Origin: Naegleria gruberi
Lineage: Eukaryota
Reading direction: 5' to 3' (one strand)
DNA length: 64,000 nucleotides
NCBI GenBank assembly: GCA_000004985.1
Contig: GG738856.1
Numbering within the stretch: the first letter of the stretch is position 1; each line of letters starts with the position of its first letter. This document shows positions 43,425 to 55,338 of this stretch, piece by piece. The notes under the pieces were generated by a model, which was not told the origin of the DNA, did not search any database, and worked only from the letters and a program-made list of their open reading frames with translations. Position numbers and translations under genes: made by a program.

Positions 43425-46400
43425 ATGGAGCCTCAACCAACATTTTCATTTCTCACGCTCATACATCATTTGGTAAAACAATCACACGATGAGTTGAAAA
43501 AATGTGTGTTGGAAATTAAAAAAGGAATGGATAATTCTAATGATCAATTTGAGAGGGAGGCTTCTACGAGGAAACAAATTTTATTTCAACATTTTCAGGA
43601 AACAAGAGAAAGATTTATCCGATTGCTTGTTCTTTTGAGATGGTCAAAGAAATCCAAGAAGACTCTCGACAAATTTAATCAAGTATCATCAGCTATGGAT
43701 TTAAAAGTTAATTCTTTTGATATGGCATCATTTACACTTTTTCATGCTGCAAGGATTTTGTCAAGATTAAGAGAACCTGTTTTTGATCTTCCAACAGCAA
43801 TTGATGTTTTGACAACAGGAACATATCCAAGACTTCCGCATATCATACAACAGGTTGGTATTAATTTCTTACATTAATTAATCGATTATTCTAGTCACGT
43901 GGAGATTTGCAAAATTCTGCAGATGATTTTACTACTCAAGATAAGGAACGTGCTATTTCAAAGCTTACAGATATTATCAGAATGAAATTACTTCAATGCA
44001 CCATTCCTCCAAACATGTTTGTAAATAAGCTTGAAAATGGTCAAGTCAATTTGATAGCTGAAAATGAATTTTCTATAATTATGACATTAAATCATAAACG
44101 TGAGGAGGGTGAATCTAACACTGACGAGCTTAAATATTATTGGCAAATAATTTATTTGGATTTATTGGTTAATGAGGACGGAATCAATGTGAGCCCAATT
44201 CATGATGATATTGTTCAAAGGCTCAGCACTGTGATACAAAAAAGATTATATTATCTTGATGAATCAGATACTATGGTGCCTTCCATGGTTGATATTTATA
44301 ATATCATCCATTTGGTAACTATTAGGATTGCTATGGATATTATTACAAAACAAGCAAAAACATTGAAGTGGCCAAATGAAATTGTTACTTGTGAAACATT
44401 TAATGAGAGCGTAGATCAAGATTTTTCATTATCACTTAAATATTGGCACAAAGCACCTCCTATGGTGTCATTTATCGAGAAAGTTATGGATGGTATTGAG
44501 GATGATGAAAAGAACTTCTTCCTCAAAGATAAAGGATCTAGGAATGAACTTAAAATTTTCATAGACAAATCAAAACAAATTGTCTTTGACATGCAACCAA
44601 AGCTTAGATGCAATTATACTCCAGCTATTAACCTATCAAGAATTAATCTCGGAAAGATTATTAGTGATTGTATTTTTTATCATTCTATTGAAAGACTGGA
44701 AAGTGTAAAAGTTTTCTTAAATAGAGAAAGATTGTTCCCTGATATCCAATTGATAACAGATGCTGAGTCTAATCAAGCTTACTTGTCTATTTCAGTATTC
44801 GAGGAATATATTCTCATTCTAGGTATTGACTGGAAAACAGGTCACTTCCAACTCCATCTTTCAGTTGACGGAGAAAAGCTAGATGTAGACTATTCAGAGT
44901 TTGTTACACGGATTAATAATATTGACGTGAGAAAGTCCAAATTCTCGGAACAACTTCTTTCCTCTCTGGAGGGTGCTAGAAAGAGAACAATTATTCATGC
45001 TTACAAAACAGCAGGTGCTCTTCTCGATTTGGATGTTCATTCAGCTCTATTCGAAGGAGATGGTCTTTCGGATGAAAATGTTTATTTCTCATTCCCAAAT
45101 GTCAGTACAGCATTTATCCAAATTAGAGTCACTCCATTTTCTTACGAAAGAAGAAAACCTTTGGTTTCTTCTAGAGTGGTAATTGAAAGAAGTCCAAAGA
45201 TTATTGATATCCCTATTCCTTCATCACTATTTTTGGATATTTATCAACCTGCCCCTGAGGAAGAAATTGATAGCTATGAGCCAACACAAAAGAGAGTTAA
45301 GAGAATGACATGCATGACTGCACTTCAGAAAACATTGGTTGCTTTCAGACATTTGAAACAAATTATTGCTGCATCAAAGCATAAAGTACTCTTTGGAACT
45401 ATGTTGAGACAAGTTCAAATCTCAAATAGATTCTCATATGATCTTACTGACCAAGAATATGAAATGATTATCCTTCCAAATGATAACTCTAATTTCTCCT
45501 TCCTTGACTTGGAATGCATTACACTTTCGATTGATGTGAATACTTATGAATGGGTCGCTACTGTATATGAAAGAAGACCTCTTCCAGTTATAATTCCTCA
45601 AAATAGCAAACAACACTACGTAAACGACAGACTCACTTTCAAGTATACTACAATGAGAAATTGTCAAAACCTTTTTGAAGAATTTTATCAAGATTTGCTA
45701 TCTATTGACAGAATGTATCCTTTGGCACTCCAAGTTATCCATCCAAGTCCTCACTTTGCTGGTATTCTTCAACAAGCTTGTACTGTAGAAATGGTATCAC
45801 ATACCAAGATTAGAATTGATTACGGAAATTGTGGATATAAATTAATAATCAAGAATGTAGATAAGAGATATAGAGTTATTTTATATCCAACAAATAGATT
45901 TGAAGCAGATCTAGAAGAATATTTTAACAAACACTCTAGAAATGATACATATGGCGAGGTTATGTGCAAGCTAGTTCAACTTCTTTTGAAGTCAACTGTT
46001 CCTCTCAACAAGCTAAAACAATTCTTGTCTGATCGTCATCCAACTTCATGGTATTTGATACCTAGAAGTATGTACAGTTTCAAAGTTGTACACAAGGGAA
46101 AAACAACTAGGGAATTCTTAGTGACATGTAGAGCATCTGGTCAAGTTGAATTCAAAGCCACAGATGATAGTTTCCATGTGATATCAGCACCATTTGGTGA
46201 GGAAATAGATAATGCTGTATTATCTTTAAAGAGATGTTGTACCTCTTCTACACTTCTAGAAAATATGTCACCACCCCTTCAAATTGCTTTAAGCGCTGAA
46301 AATATCAAACAACAAGACAACACCCTTTCATTCTCCTCTCCAACATATGAATATAGCTGTGAGTTCAACAATTATGAATTGAAGTTGACAAAGATTGTTC

Positions 46401-47008
46401 CTAGGAAGAACAGTATCTTGACTAAAGATGAAGAAGAATTTTTGAAAGAAGCTTTCACAAAGTATTACCTTAATTCAGCTTTAGAGGCTGGAGTATCTCT
46501 ATCAGGCAATTTCTTCTCTCATTCATTCCTTTTGATTTTATTCTTCCCAAATCCATTATTCAAGCATGTTGTTCAAGCATGGTACTTGTTGAAGGATAAG
46601 ATAGATCTCGTTTTCTTTAATCCATATCCAGTGCGTAATGCTCAAAGACGTACATATGATGAGTCTTTTGGTCTGGCAGAAGTTAAATTACCAACATCTC
46701 TTTCTGCATTACTTCCAGTCTTTAGTTCTGGAAAAATTATCGAAAAAAAGACATTGAATTCAGTCTATGTTATTACTCTTTTGGTTAGAGTTTACATTGG
46801 TGATGATTTTATTGATTTGCCTATTCAATATGGAGCTAATATGGAATTGAAATTTGGTGATCAAAAGCTCACATCTGAAGTAGCAACGAAGATAATTGGA
46901 GAATCACAAAGGCAAGAAGTTCCTGAAGAAGGATCTGATAATACTCTTCTCAAGTTGTTGACCTACATTACTGCAAACTGTACAATTCCTCAATTACTAG
47001 ATATTTAA
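43425..47008 (+). CDS. Mediator complex subunit 14 (MED14/Rgr1), at least 2 exons
   Basis: The N-terminus LVLLRWSKKSKKT...DVLTTGTYPRLPHIIQQ matches the MED14 pattern LLALVKWANNAGK...DVLTTGSYPRLP. A 41-nt GTTGGT...TCTAG intron lies at about 43854..43894. Exon 2 is 43895..47008. The total is 3543 nt, in frame. Confidence 0.75.
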
Positions 47009-47038
47009 ATAGGTTTATCTATACAATTAAATATTTAT

Positions 47039-48670
47039 TTACTTTTTCTTAATGGCCTGTAAAAACATGTCCTCATCTTCTTGCAATTCACTTTCGTTAA
47101 TTACCAGTGTGAAAGTTTTTGATGATTGCTCTCTTTGTTTCTTCTTTGCTTCAATTCTTCTTTGTGCTTGTTCAGATTCTTTTCTATTATCAATAAGTGC
47201 TCGTTCTCTCTTAGTTTCTCTTTCCAACATATTGTTAATAAATTCCTTTTCTTCCAAAACTTGTTGTTTTTCTTCTCCTCTCAATCCTTCACTCACTTCC
47301 AAAAGCCTAGTTGAACCATCTCTTCCACCAACAGCAATATATTTTCCATAAACACTCAAAGTGTGAAGTCCTTGATCTGACAATCTTAGAGACAACAATG
47401 GTTTGCTTTGCTTGTAGAGATAATCCCAAACATCAAGTGTGTCCAATCACCAACAGTCATAAAGTATTTTTGAAGGAATGGATTTCTTTGAATTGAATAA
47501 ATTGGACCATGGTGATGATGATGTCCATAGTAAACTTTATCAATGGCCGTACCCTTATTCTTTCTTCTCGTACAACTCAAAACAGCACCTTGTTCAGTAC
47601 CAATCATAAATTTGGTTGGCTGTGTAGTGTTAAAATTACTGAAATAATTTAGTTCAACTTACACTGTAAGAAACATCGTAATCAATAGATTCACCTCCCA
47701 ATAAACCTTGGAGTTTGCATTCACCATTTTTATCATCAGGAATTCTAAGCTCAAGAGTTTCAGAATCGACTGGATTTGAAAGGTTTCTTGTATCCCAAGT
47801 TAGTACTTGACCATCAGTTGAAGTTGAAATAAAGAATGTTGCACTCTTACTTTGAAGCCATTGAATATCATAAATTGGATCTCTGTGACTTGTTTTAAGG
47901 TCGGAAATGAGAACTTCCTCACCTCCTTTTCTTGTGTCAAATATACAAACAACACCATTGTAGCAACCTCCTGCCACTGTAGAGTTTTCCTTAGGGTTAT
48001 ATCTGATAGATGTTAAATGAGATGATGGAAGTAAAGTCACGTCTGGTTCATTGGCATTATTCACATCCCAAACGTATGCATTTGTCGGTATTTTCTTTGT
48101 TGAACTTTGAAAATCTAGGTTGGCATAAGCTACTGCCAGCTTTGAACCATCACTAGGAAGCCAAGAGATTTTGGTTGCTGTTCTCTTATCTTGGCAAGGA
48201 TCTTTGAACACCGACACAGTTTTAACCATAGATCTTTCACTTCCAAAGTCTTGTACAGTTTCCTTAAAGTAGCTACCAAATATATTGATCGCATTATTTT
48301 GTTGAATGTAATATTCAGCGTTATCTCTTAAAGAGATGAACGAATTCAAATCTTCAATATTATTTTCAATTTTCTTGATGTATCTTTCCTTGCTTGATAA
48401 TTTTGATGTATCGACATCCTTTGGCCAACCTCCTTCATTGTGCATCATTCCTTGTTCTTTTGTTTCATGGGTCTCCGTATTAGTAAAGTGTTCAGAAAAT
48501 TCGGCAACAGCTTGAGCTCCTACACTTCTGGGTTCCCTATTAATATATTTTTGCTTAAATTCCTCACTTGGTTTGATATCAACGATCATTTCGGGTTCAG
48601 TATCCACAAAATGACCACTATATCTACCAAATTGTTTCCTCAGCTTTTTGTATACTGTTACAATATCCAT
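47039..48670 (-). CDS. Axonemal outer-arm dynein intermediate chain 2 (DNAI2 / IC2 / ODA6 WD-repeat protein), multi-exon, with an apparent internal deletion and frameshift
   Basis: ATG at about 48670. The N-terminus MDIVTVYKKLRKQFGR...NEGGWPKDV matches DNAI2 MEIVYVYVKKRSEFG...VEGGWPKDV. A 43-nt GTAAGT...CACAG intron lies at about 47611..47653. Downstream are ...LSCTRRKNKG...HHHGPIYSIQRNPF..FMTVGDWT, and then DTLDVWDYLY...LLEVSEGL in another frame. Confidence 0.75.
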
Positions 48671-49174
48671 TTTGAGCACAATGTATAATTAATGTTACTG
48701 AGAGCTACAACGAGCGTGTTGTATTGCCAATTTTTTTTAGTGTTTTTTAAAAAGTTTCCCGCTTTTTTTGTAGTGGCTATTTGTGCCAAGCAAACAACAA
48801 CGACATCGTAAATTTAATTGTTCAATTATATTATTTCATCATCAAATTTATTATATCGGATCATGAAATTAAAAACTGTTTAAAACAGAGAAGGGTATTT
48901 ATTTACAGTTCGCCTAGTAAGTAATATTCACTAAATAATTTTCTATCTAATTCTCATAAAATGAATTAGTCCTTTTTCAGAGTCACCAAGTGTGGCCAAA
49001 ACCTTATCTTCAATCATTGAACTTTTTTGACCATTTGATGAAGAGGTAGACGAAGAAGAAGGTACAGATGTGGTGGAGGTTAGTAGAGCAGCTGCTGAGG
49101 AAGAGGCAAGAGCTGGTGAGTTTCTTTTGCTGCTGTTGCTGCTGCTACTGGTCAATCCTCTAATCTTATCATAG

Positions 49175-50537
49175 CTACTGGATCTGGCATGTCTTCTGTG
49201 TGGAATTGGTGATGAGTGAATAGTTGGTGAGTTGATAAGGGATTGGCATTTGGATGGATCTTGGACAAAATAGTTTAAAAATTGAATTCTGCAAAATGTT
49301 AAATTTGAGGCTGGTGAAATACTTACTTGGTGGTTGCATGTGAAGGTTGATAAGAGGCAGCTTCTTTACATTTTTGTCTAACATCAAACATAATCTTGGT
49401 CTTAATCATAAGCAAAAGTGGTGTAATTGATAGAATATGAGACATGATCAATGTTTGCAACAATAAATTCTTATCCATTGATTGTAAAAAGTCCCAATTC
49501 CATTCACCAATCACTGATTTGAAATACGATTCACTATTACAACAAAACATCATTCCCTTTCCCTCTAAATCAATCTGAATAAACTCCTTATTAGTGGAAT
49601 AATGTTCACACCACTCAAAGATCTGAACAAATACCTGGGATGAGAATACGACACAACCTTCCATTGTAACTTTTTGATTGTAACTTGTTACGAGTGAAGG
49701 AATGTCCTCTGGATAATCGATGGCAAAATGAAAACAAAAAGGAATTTGTAACTCTATGGTTTGGATCTTTCCCTCATCAATCTTACATGCAATGGATGGA
49801 ATGAGGAAGCAAGCATTCTCTGAGATGGTAAGAGTCGTGGATGTTTTCTTTGGAATTTCTTCATCAATCGAATAGTCATTGGAGAAACGAAACTCTACAT
49901 CAGAAAATTGTTTCCCACTTAAACACTTCTTCAATCTCTTGTGTATATACCTCTGTGTAATACAATCGTCAAAGACCCATTCGATTGTTATCGATTTGGG
50001 ATGTAATAATGGTTGTTGTGAAGTTTGTGCTTGAATTGACTCTTCTTGACTCAAATTACCTCTATAACATTGCACATTGAAATGTTTAGAATTAATTGGT
50101 ATGTTGTTTTGTTGATTATGATGTTGCTGTCTCATTGATGATGCTTGACTCCTTTCAGAATTTTGATTAGTAGAAACTGAATCACTTGGAAAGTAATCCT
50201 GACTATTTCCACTATAATTCTGACTCATTGAATTGTTGTTGTACTGAAGCTGCTGATTCAGAAAGCTTTGATGATAATACGAAGTTGGAGAGGCTCTAAA
50301 TGATTTTGATGAAATTTCCTCAATTAACGATTGAGTTGTTTCATCACTAATTTGATCCATCATAAAGGAGGTACTACTGTTTGTTCTGGTAACACTTGTT
50401 TGATGATTATCAGAAGCAGAATTGTGGGGAGTTTGTTGATCATCTTGTTCCTCCATTCTGTTGCTGTTATTTGGAATGCAATAGAGGAAGGATCGACGAA
50501 GCAGTTTTTTAAGTTGCATAAATCTTTTTTTTGGCAT
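49175..50537 (-). CDS. Hypothetical protein (about 450 aa) with an N/Q/S-rich N-terminal half and a conserved-looking C-terminal globular domain; the 3' structure is unresolved
   Basis: Probable ATG at about 50537 (MPKKRFMQLKK). A GTAAGT...TTGCAG intron after ...SHATTK joins a short terminal exon ending at 49175. The downstream Ser-rich ORF 48943..49155 may be an alternative exon or UTR. Confidence 0.35.
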
Positions 50538-50727
50538 TTGATCAACTGAAGATTCTTTGCTTTGGGTTTTAAAAGATGAGCAGCTATGGAATTGTGCTGT
50601 ATATATGGAATGAACATAATTGCAGATTACGTATATTACCATATTTGTTACCCTACAAAAATAACATATTTTCTAAAAATGGTAGATTGTTATATTTTTA
50701 CATTTTTTACATTTACAAATATAAATT

Positions 50728-52362
50728 TTATTCAAAGGATTCAGTGGCAACAATTGCTTGAACCTCTTTCTTATCACCGATGTAGGCACCTCTCAACAGA
50801 TAAGTCTTGAGATTAATGATATGTTTAGCATCAACTCCTGAAGCATGTGGATGAGTTTGAATTGTCTTGTGTAAAACTTCAATGGTATTAAATTTCCATT
50901 CTTTGGTCTCCTTATTAGGTTCTGTATTTCTATCGATAATGTAATCAAAGAATTCGCTATGTGCATTAACATGATTCTTCACAAGATTGATTCTTGAGCA
51001 CAAGCCTTTCAAAAAGTGATAGATGGCACATCTCACATCAGAGAATGGAGCTCTCAAATTATACATGGCATAGTTCATAATGTAACTGTTAGAAGGTTTT
51101 GTGATACTTGGTTCAATTCTCTTCTTTAACATGGACTCGAGTACGTTGACAATCTTTTCAGCTCTCTCATCGTCAATTCTAGGTGATTCGAGGATAGAGC
51201 CTAGTGAGTGGTAGAATGCTTGAGCAATTTGGTCGTTGATGGAATCGGCATAGAAAACCAGATATTTTGAAAGTTTTTCCTCATCTCCAAGGAGAATAAA
51301 GTCCAAATTCTTTACCGATGATTTACACAAAGCGCCAATTACTGAAATGGCTACTATTTGAGATTCCTTATTGAATGTATTCGAAAGATCTTCATTAAAG
51401 AGTTTCAAAATGATTGATGGTGGCACTGACAATTTGGATTCTTCTCCAAAGAATAAATTTTCTGCAGCATCTGAAATATCAGCAATCAAATTGAGAATAA
51501 ATGTATAGGTGAGTTGATCCTCTTGGTTGTCATTGAGAATAGCCATTAATAAATCAAATGATCCCTCTTCTTTCAAAGAATTGGCTCCTTGTTTCTTGAA
51601 GCTTTGAAGGCAAAGGGCTTTGAAAATTTCCAAAAAGTTTAAAATTGACAAAATATCATCCTTTGAATTCTTAAAATCGTTATTGAACAATTTGAAAAGA
51701 CCAATATTAGAAACAGCATCGAAAGCTTCTTGGGACAGTCCACATAAAGTTGTCATTAATTCATACACTCTAAATCTATTAATTTCATTTCCAGATTTTG
51801 GCAATTCACCCAATAATTTATCAACCAATAAAGCTTTGTGCTTGTAGAAAATTGCATCTATGCCATCCAATGTCGACGCAATGTTTGTGATGATTTTTAC
51901 AGCAACTTTTTCCACAGAAATTTCAGGATCCAACATTCCACTATACAAAATATCCAAAAACAATTCAGGATTAGCCATCAATGTTTGTAAAGTACATCTA
52001 GCAACTTGATTAATGGTCAATCGTCTAACAATTTCGAATGGATGCTTGTATCCCTGTGCAAGAAATTGTCCAACAATCGGATCAACCAACAAAGCTTGAT
52101 TAACATCGGTTTCTTCCATAATTTTCCCAAAAACAAATACTATCAATTGTAACTGTTCAAGTGATTTTGTGTCAAAACATGGCAAAAAGCTTTGAATCGG
52201 AATATTTGTTGTTAATGTTTGCACTCTTTCTCTAGCTGCTCTAGCATCACCTTGTTGAATCAAGTAAGCCTGAAGTGTCTCGAGGGCCTTGATGATATTA
52301 GCCTTCTTTCCACCCTCCAACCAAGTTTTCAATTGGACAAAGTCTGTTGTTGTAGCTGGCAT
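50728..52362 (-). CDS. 26S proteasome non-ATPase regulatory subunit 5-like (PSMD5 / S5b / Hsm3 assembly chaperone), ARM/HEAT-repeat protein
   Basis: ATG at 52362, 544 aa and all helical. The segment ...NEINRFRVYELMTTL... resembles PSMD5 ...DIVRYRVYELIIEI..., and the overall length and repeat nature are similar. Confidence 0.5.
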   Translation of the reverse strand: MPATTTDFVQLKTWLEGGKKANIIKALETLQAYLIQQGDARAARERVQTLTTNIPIQSFLPCFDTKSLEQLQLIVFVFGKIMEETDVNQALLVDPIVGQFLAQGYKHPFEIVRRLTINQVARCTLQTLMANPELFLDILYSGMLDPEISVEKVAVKIITNIASTLDGIDAIFYKHKALLVDKLLGELPKSGNEINRFRVYELMTTLCGLSQEAFDAVSNIGLFKLFNNDFKNSKDDILSILNFLEIFKALCLQSFKKQGANSLKEEGSFDLLMAILNDNQEDQLTYTFILNLIADISDAAENLFFGEESKLSVPPSIILKLFNEDLSNTFNKESQIVAISVIGALCKSSVKNLDFILLGDEEKLSKYLVFYADSINDQIAQAFYHSLGSILESPRIDDERAEKIVNVLESMLKKRIEPSITKPSNSYIMNYAMYNLRAPFSDVRCAIYHFLKGLCSRINLVKNHVNAHSEFFDYIIDRNTEPNKETKEWKFNTIEVLHKTIQTHPHASGVDAKHIINLKTYLLRGAYIGDKKEVQAIVATESFE

Positions 52363-52687
52363 TTGTTGATGTATTTTTTCGGAAGTGTTTTTGGAATCTT
52401 GAATTTAAAAATAGAAAATTTATTGACTCTTCTTGCGACATGAAAATTTTCATTTTTGCACTCACTTTGTTGTCAAGGAATTTGGACAATCCAGACAAAA
52501 TCTAACAAATTACTGGACATCTTCCATTATTGCTCAAGATTGATACAAGAGGCACTGAATGGCCAACTTGAACAATAAAAAAGATCAAAATTTTTGTTGT
52601 AATTTTATCGAGGTTGGTCAACCTTTGCAACCAAAACAAGTTACGTTCTGACTTTTTACTTGTTAAAAAAATTCACAACACATCAGT

Positions 52688-54226
52688 ATGCAACACGTTG
52701 ACACACTAAACGAACAACATGTTGACGACTTGCATCATAAAGCAGATATTGCACGAAGCAATGAACTTGAATTAACACCAGAAGAGCAACAACAACATGA
52801 AGTAAAAACACAAGTTGTCGAGCTACCACTAACAACAACAACAGACAAGACGGTACTCATGAACAATCATCAACCAATTCATTTAAATTTGAGAGGTACA
52901 ATCATGACAGTTTCGTTGAGTACATTCTATTCATGTAAAAGAGAATTGGAAGACAATTTTTTTATGAAAATGTTTTCTGGTGAGCAACCCATCTATAGAA
53001 CTAATTGTCAATCATCGAGTGAGCCAATTTATTTTATTGATTGTGATCCAATCGTATTTAAAAGTGTCCTTGATTGGTTACAATATGGTATTGTGAAAAA
53101 TAATGAACTATCAGGTGAATTGAAAAATGCTTGTAAATTATTCAAACTGTCAACTATTGTTAATATTTTAGAAAATAGAAAATTATCCTATTTAAATTTT
53201 TCAAATTGTGAATTTCAAAATTTAACTTTAAAAGGAATGTACTTGTGTAATTTTACAAATGCTAAATTTGTTAAGTGCTATTTGAAATTTAAAAGTAGAG
53301 ATTATTGTACAATTGATAAATGTGAATTTATTGATTGCGTTTTGAATAGCACATGCTTTACTAGAGATTTCTCAAAGACCAACTTGTCATTGAAAAATAA
53401 TAATACTTTTAATGGATGTAGATTTAAAGATTTAAATTTGACACGTTTAAAAAGTCTATCACAATTTAATGGATGTATATTCGAAAGTTGTTCATTTAGT
53501 TTTGAAAACTTTTCCGAAAAACAAATTGAAAACAGTACTTTTGAAAAAGTTGATTTTAAAAATCAAAATTTGAAAGGTTTTACATTTAAAAATGTTGAAT
53601 TGATTAATTGTTATAATTTTATAGGTCATTGTGAATGTGATTCTGAAGGTACTTTTCAATTTTGTAATTCAACTCTCATTCCAAATTCATTTATTTATTC
53701 TAAATTATTTACAAGTTGTAAAAGTAAATCAATTCCTAAATTGCTATACCGAGGTACCATAGATGGCTTTAAAGCAAAGAATTTTCATTCAAAATGTGAC
53801 AATGCTGGTCCAACATTGGTAATTATCAAATCTGAACATGATGAATTATTTGGTGGTTTCACAACCCAAAATTGGAAATCTCCAACTAATGATTACGCAT
53901 TTGGAAAGGACAATTCTGCATTTATTTTCAAAATTATTCCTGAGAATGAAAATTATCAATTTCAAAAGTTTGACATTTTAAAAAACAAGCAAAAACATGC
54001 AATTTATTTAGATAATAATTACTTGTCTTCATTTGGAGCGTATGGTTGTGATATTTGTATCAAGGACGATTGTAATTTAAATAGCCATTCTTTTTCCAAG
54101 TTTGGATGTAATTATGAATTACCTGATGGATTTAAAACTGACTCATTCGAAGCTCATTCTTATTTGGCTGGAAGTTACGAGTTCAGAGTTGTTGAAATTG
54201 AGGTTTTCAAAATAAGAAATCAATAA
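52688..54226 (+). CDS. BTB/POZ (potassium-channel T1-type, KCTD-like) + pentapeptide-repeat + C-terminal TLDc-like domain protein
   Basis: T1-type BTB IHLNLRGTIMTVSLSTFYS...PIYFIDCDPIVFKSVLDWLQYG. Pentapeptide-like repeats (NFSNCEFQNLTLKGMYLCNFTNAKFVKCYL...). TLDc-like segment LLYRGTIDGFKAKNFHSKCDNAGPTLVIIKSEHDELFGGFTTQNW. Confidence 0.6.
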   Translation: MQHVDTLNEQHVDDLHHKADIARSNELELTPEEQQQHEVKTQVVELPLTTTTDKTVLMNNHQPIHLNLRGTIMTVSLSTFYSCKRELEDNFFMKMFSGEQPIYRTNCQSSSEPIYFIDCDPIVFKSVLDWLQYGIVKNNELSGELKNACKLFKLSTIVNILENRKLSYLNFSNCEFQNLTLKGMYLCNFTNAKFVKCYLKFKSRDYCTIDKCEFIDCVLNSTCFTRDFSKTNLSLKNNNTFNGCRFKDLNLTRLKSLSQFNGCIFESCSFSFENFSEKQIENSTFEKVDFKNQNLKGFTFKNVELINCYNFIGHCECDSEGTFQFCNSTLIPNSFIYSKLFTSCKSKSIPKLLYRGTIDGFKAKNFHSKCDNAGPTLVIIKSEHDELFGGFTTQNWKSPTNDYAFGKDNSAFIFKIIPENENYQFQKFDILKNKQKHAIYLDNNYLSSFGAYGCDICIKDDCNLNSHSFSKFGCNYELPDGFKTDSFEAHSYLAGSYEFRVVEIEVFKIRNQ

Positions 54227-54978
54227 CTTTCAATCAACTTGGAACTAATTTTTAAATATAATATTCATTCACTTTCATCCTTAATAAAATCCTTAAAAAA
54301 AAAGAAACGAAAACTTTCGACACCTTGAAAACGAAGAGCCTTAAAACTTCACATGGATTTCTATCTCGCACCAAAGATACGATTCTAATGTGACCTTCTT
54401 GGTTGAGCTGAGCTTGGTTGAGAGTGGACGTGGTCATGCTATTGTTAATAGGAAAGAGAGTTTTCACACTTCATGTTTTGGATGAAAGTTATTGGAAAGG
54501 GCGAGAAAGTAACTGAAAATTGGAGAATTAAGAGAAGCGAAAGAAAGCTTGTTGCCCTTGTCAGATCAGTCAAAGTACATTGCAAATATCGTTTATCTTC
54601 TATTTTGCCAAAATGTTTAAATCGAAAGGACTTGTATTCGAAAGTATATTCGAATGCACTACGCTGTACTTGGATTCAGAACATTTGTAAAGTTTATCAA
54701 AATTCTTTAAATACACTTAGTCAGTAAACCATCAACCAAATAGATGCCTTGAACTCGTTATAACCAGATGGAATTTTATCTTAATTCTGCGGTCAACCAA
54801 CTAATGGATTTGGAAAAGAGCGCATGGAAGGTTGTCCATCCACACCTCTTCAACCATTGGTTGAAATTCAACTTTACAAAAACAAATTGATAAATAGTGG
54901 AAGCTTAAAGAGCTTTAAATTTCACTGTCAAACAGAGAATTTCATTAATCAAAAAAAAAAATTCACACAACCGAAATC

Positions 54979-55338
54979 ATGAAATCTGCCCTTCTTCTTA
55001 CTCTCACCATCTTGGTATCCCTAGCAATTGCCACAACTGCATTGAAATGTTACAGTGGCATTCAACAAACAGGCACTGGTACCATTACAACAATTATTGA
55101 AGTTAGTAACTCAACTCTAACCAATTATGTCTGTGCTCGTTATGAACAAAGTGTTTCATTTGTTACTCAAAAGGTTTTCACATATACTGACAAGGCAACA
55201 TGTGACAATTGGTTATCAATTACCACATTCCAAAAGGTTTATTGTTGTAATACTGATTTGTGTAATGGTGGAGAACATGTTGTTGGATCTGCATTGATGA
55301 TTGGTTTGGCTATCATTGCTTCTTTCATTCTTTTGTAA
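54979..55338 (+). CDS. Small secreted/GPI-anchored Ly6/uPAR (three-finger, LU domain)-like protein
   Basis: Signal peptide MKSALLLTLTILVSLAIATTA, the mature start LKCYSG, the hallmark CCNTDLCN motif near the C-terminus, and a hydrophobic GPI-signal-like tail GSALMIGLAIIASFILL. Only 6 Cys are present. Confidence 0.5.
   Translation: MKSALLLTLTILVSLAIATTALKCYSGIQQTGTGTITTIIEVSNSTLTNYVCARYEQSVSFVTQKVFTYTDKATCDNWLSITTFQKVYCCNTDLCNGGEHVVGSALMIGLAIIASFILL

Noticed and set aside
48943-49155. Ser-rich 70-aa ORF downstream of the 49175..50537 gene
   Set aside because: No acceptor or donor combination could be found that joins it in frame to the upstream exons. It was left as a possible alternative terminal exon or UTR rather than a feature.
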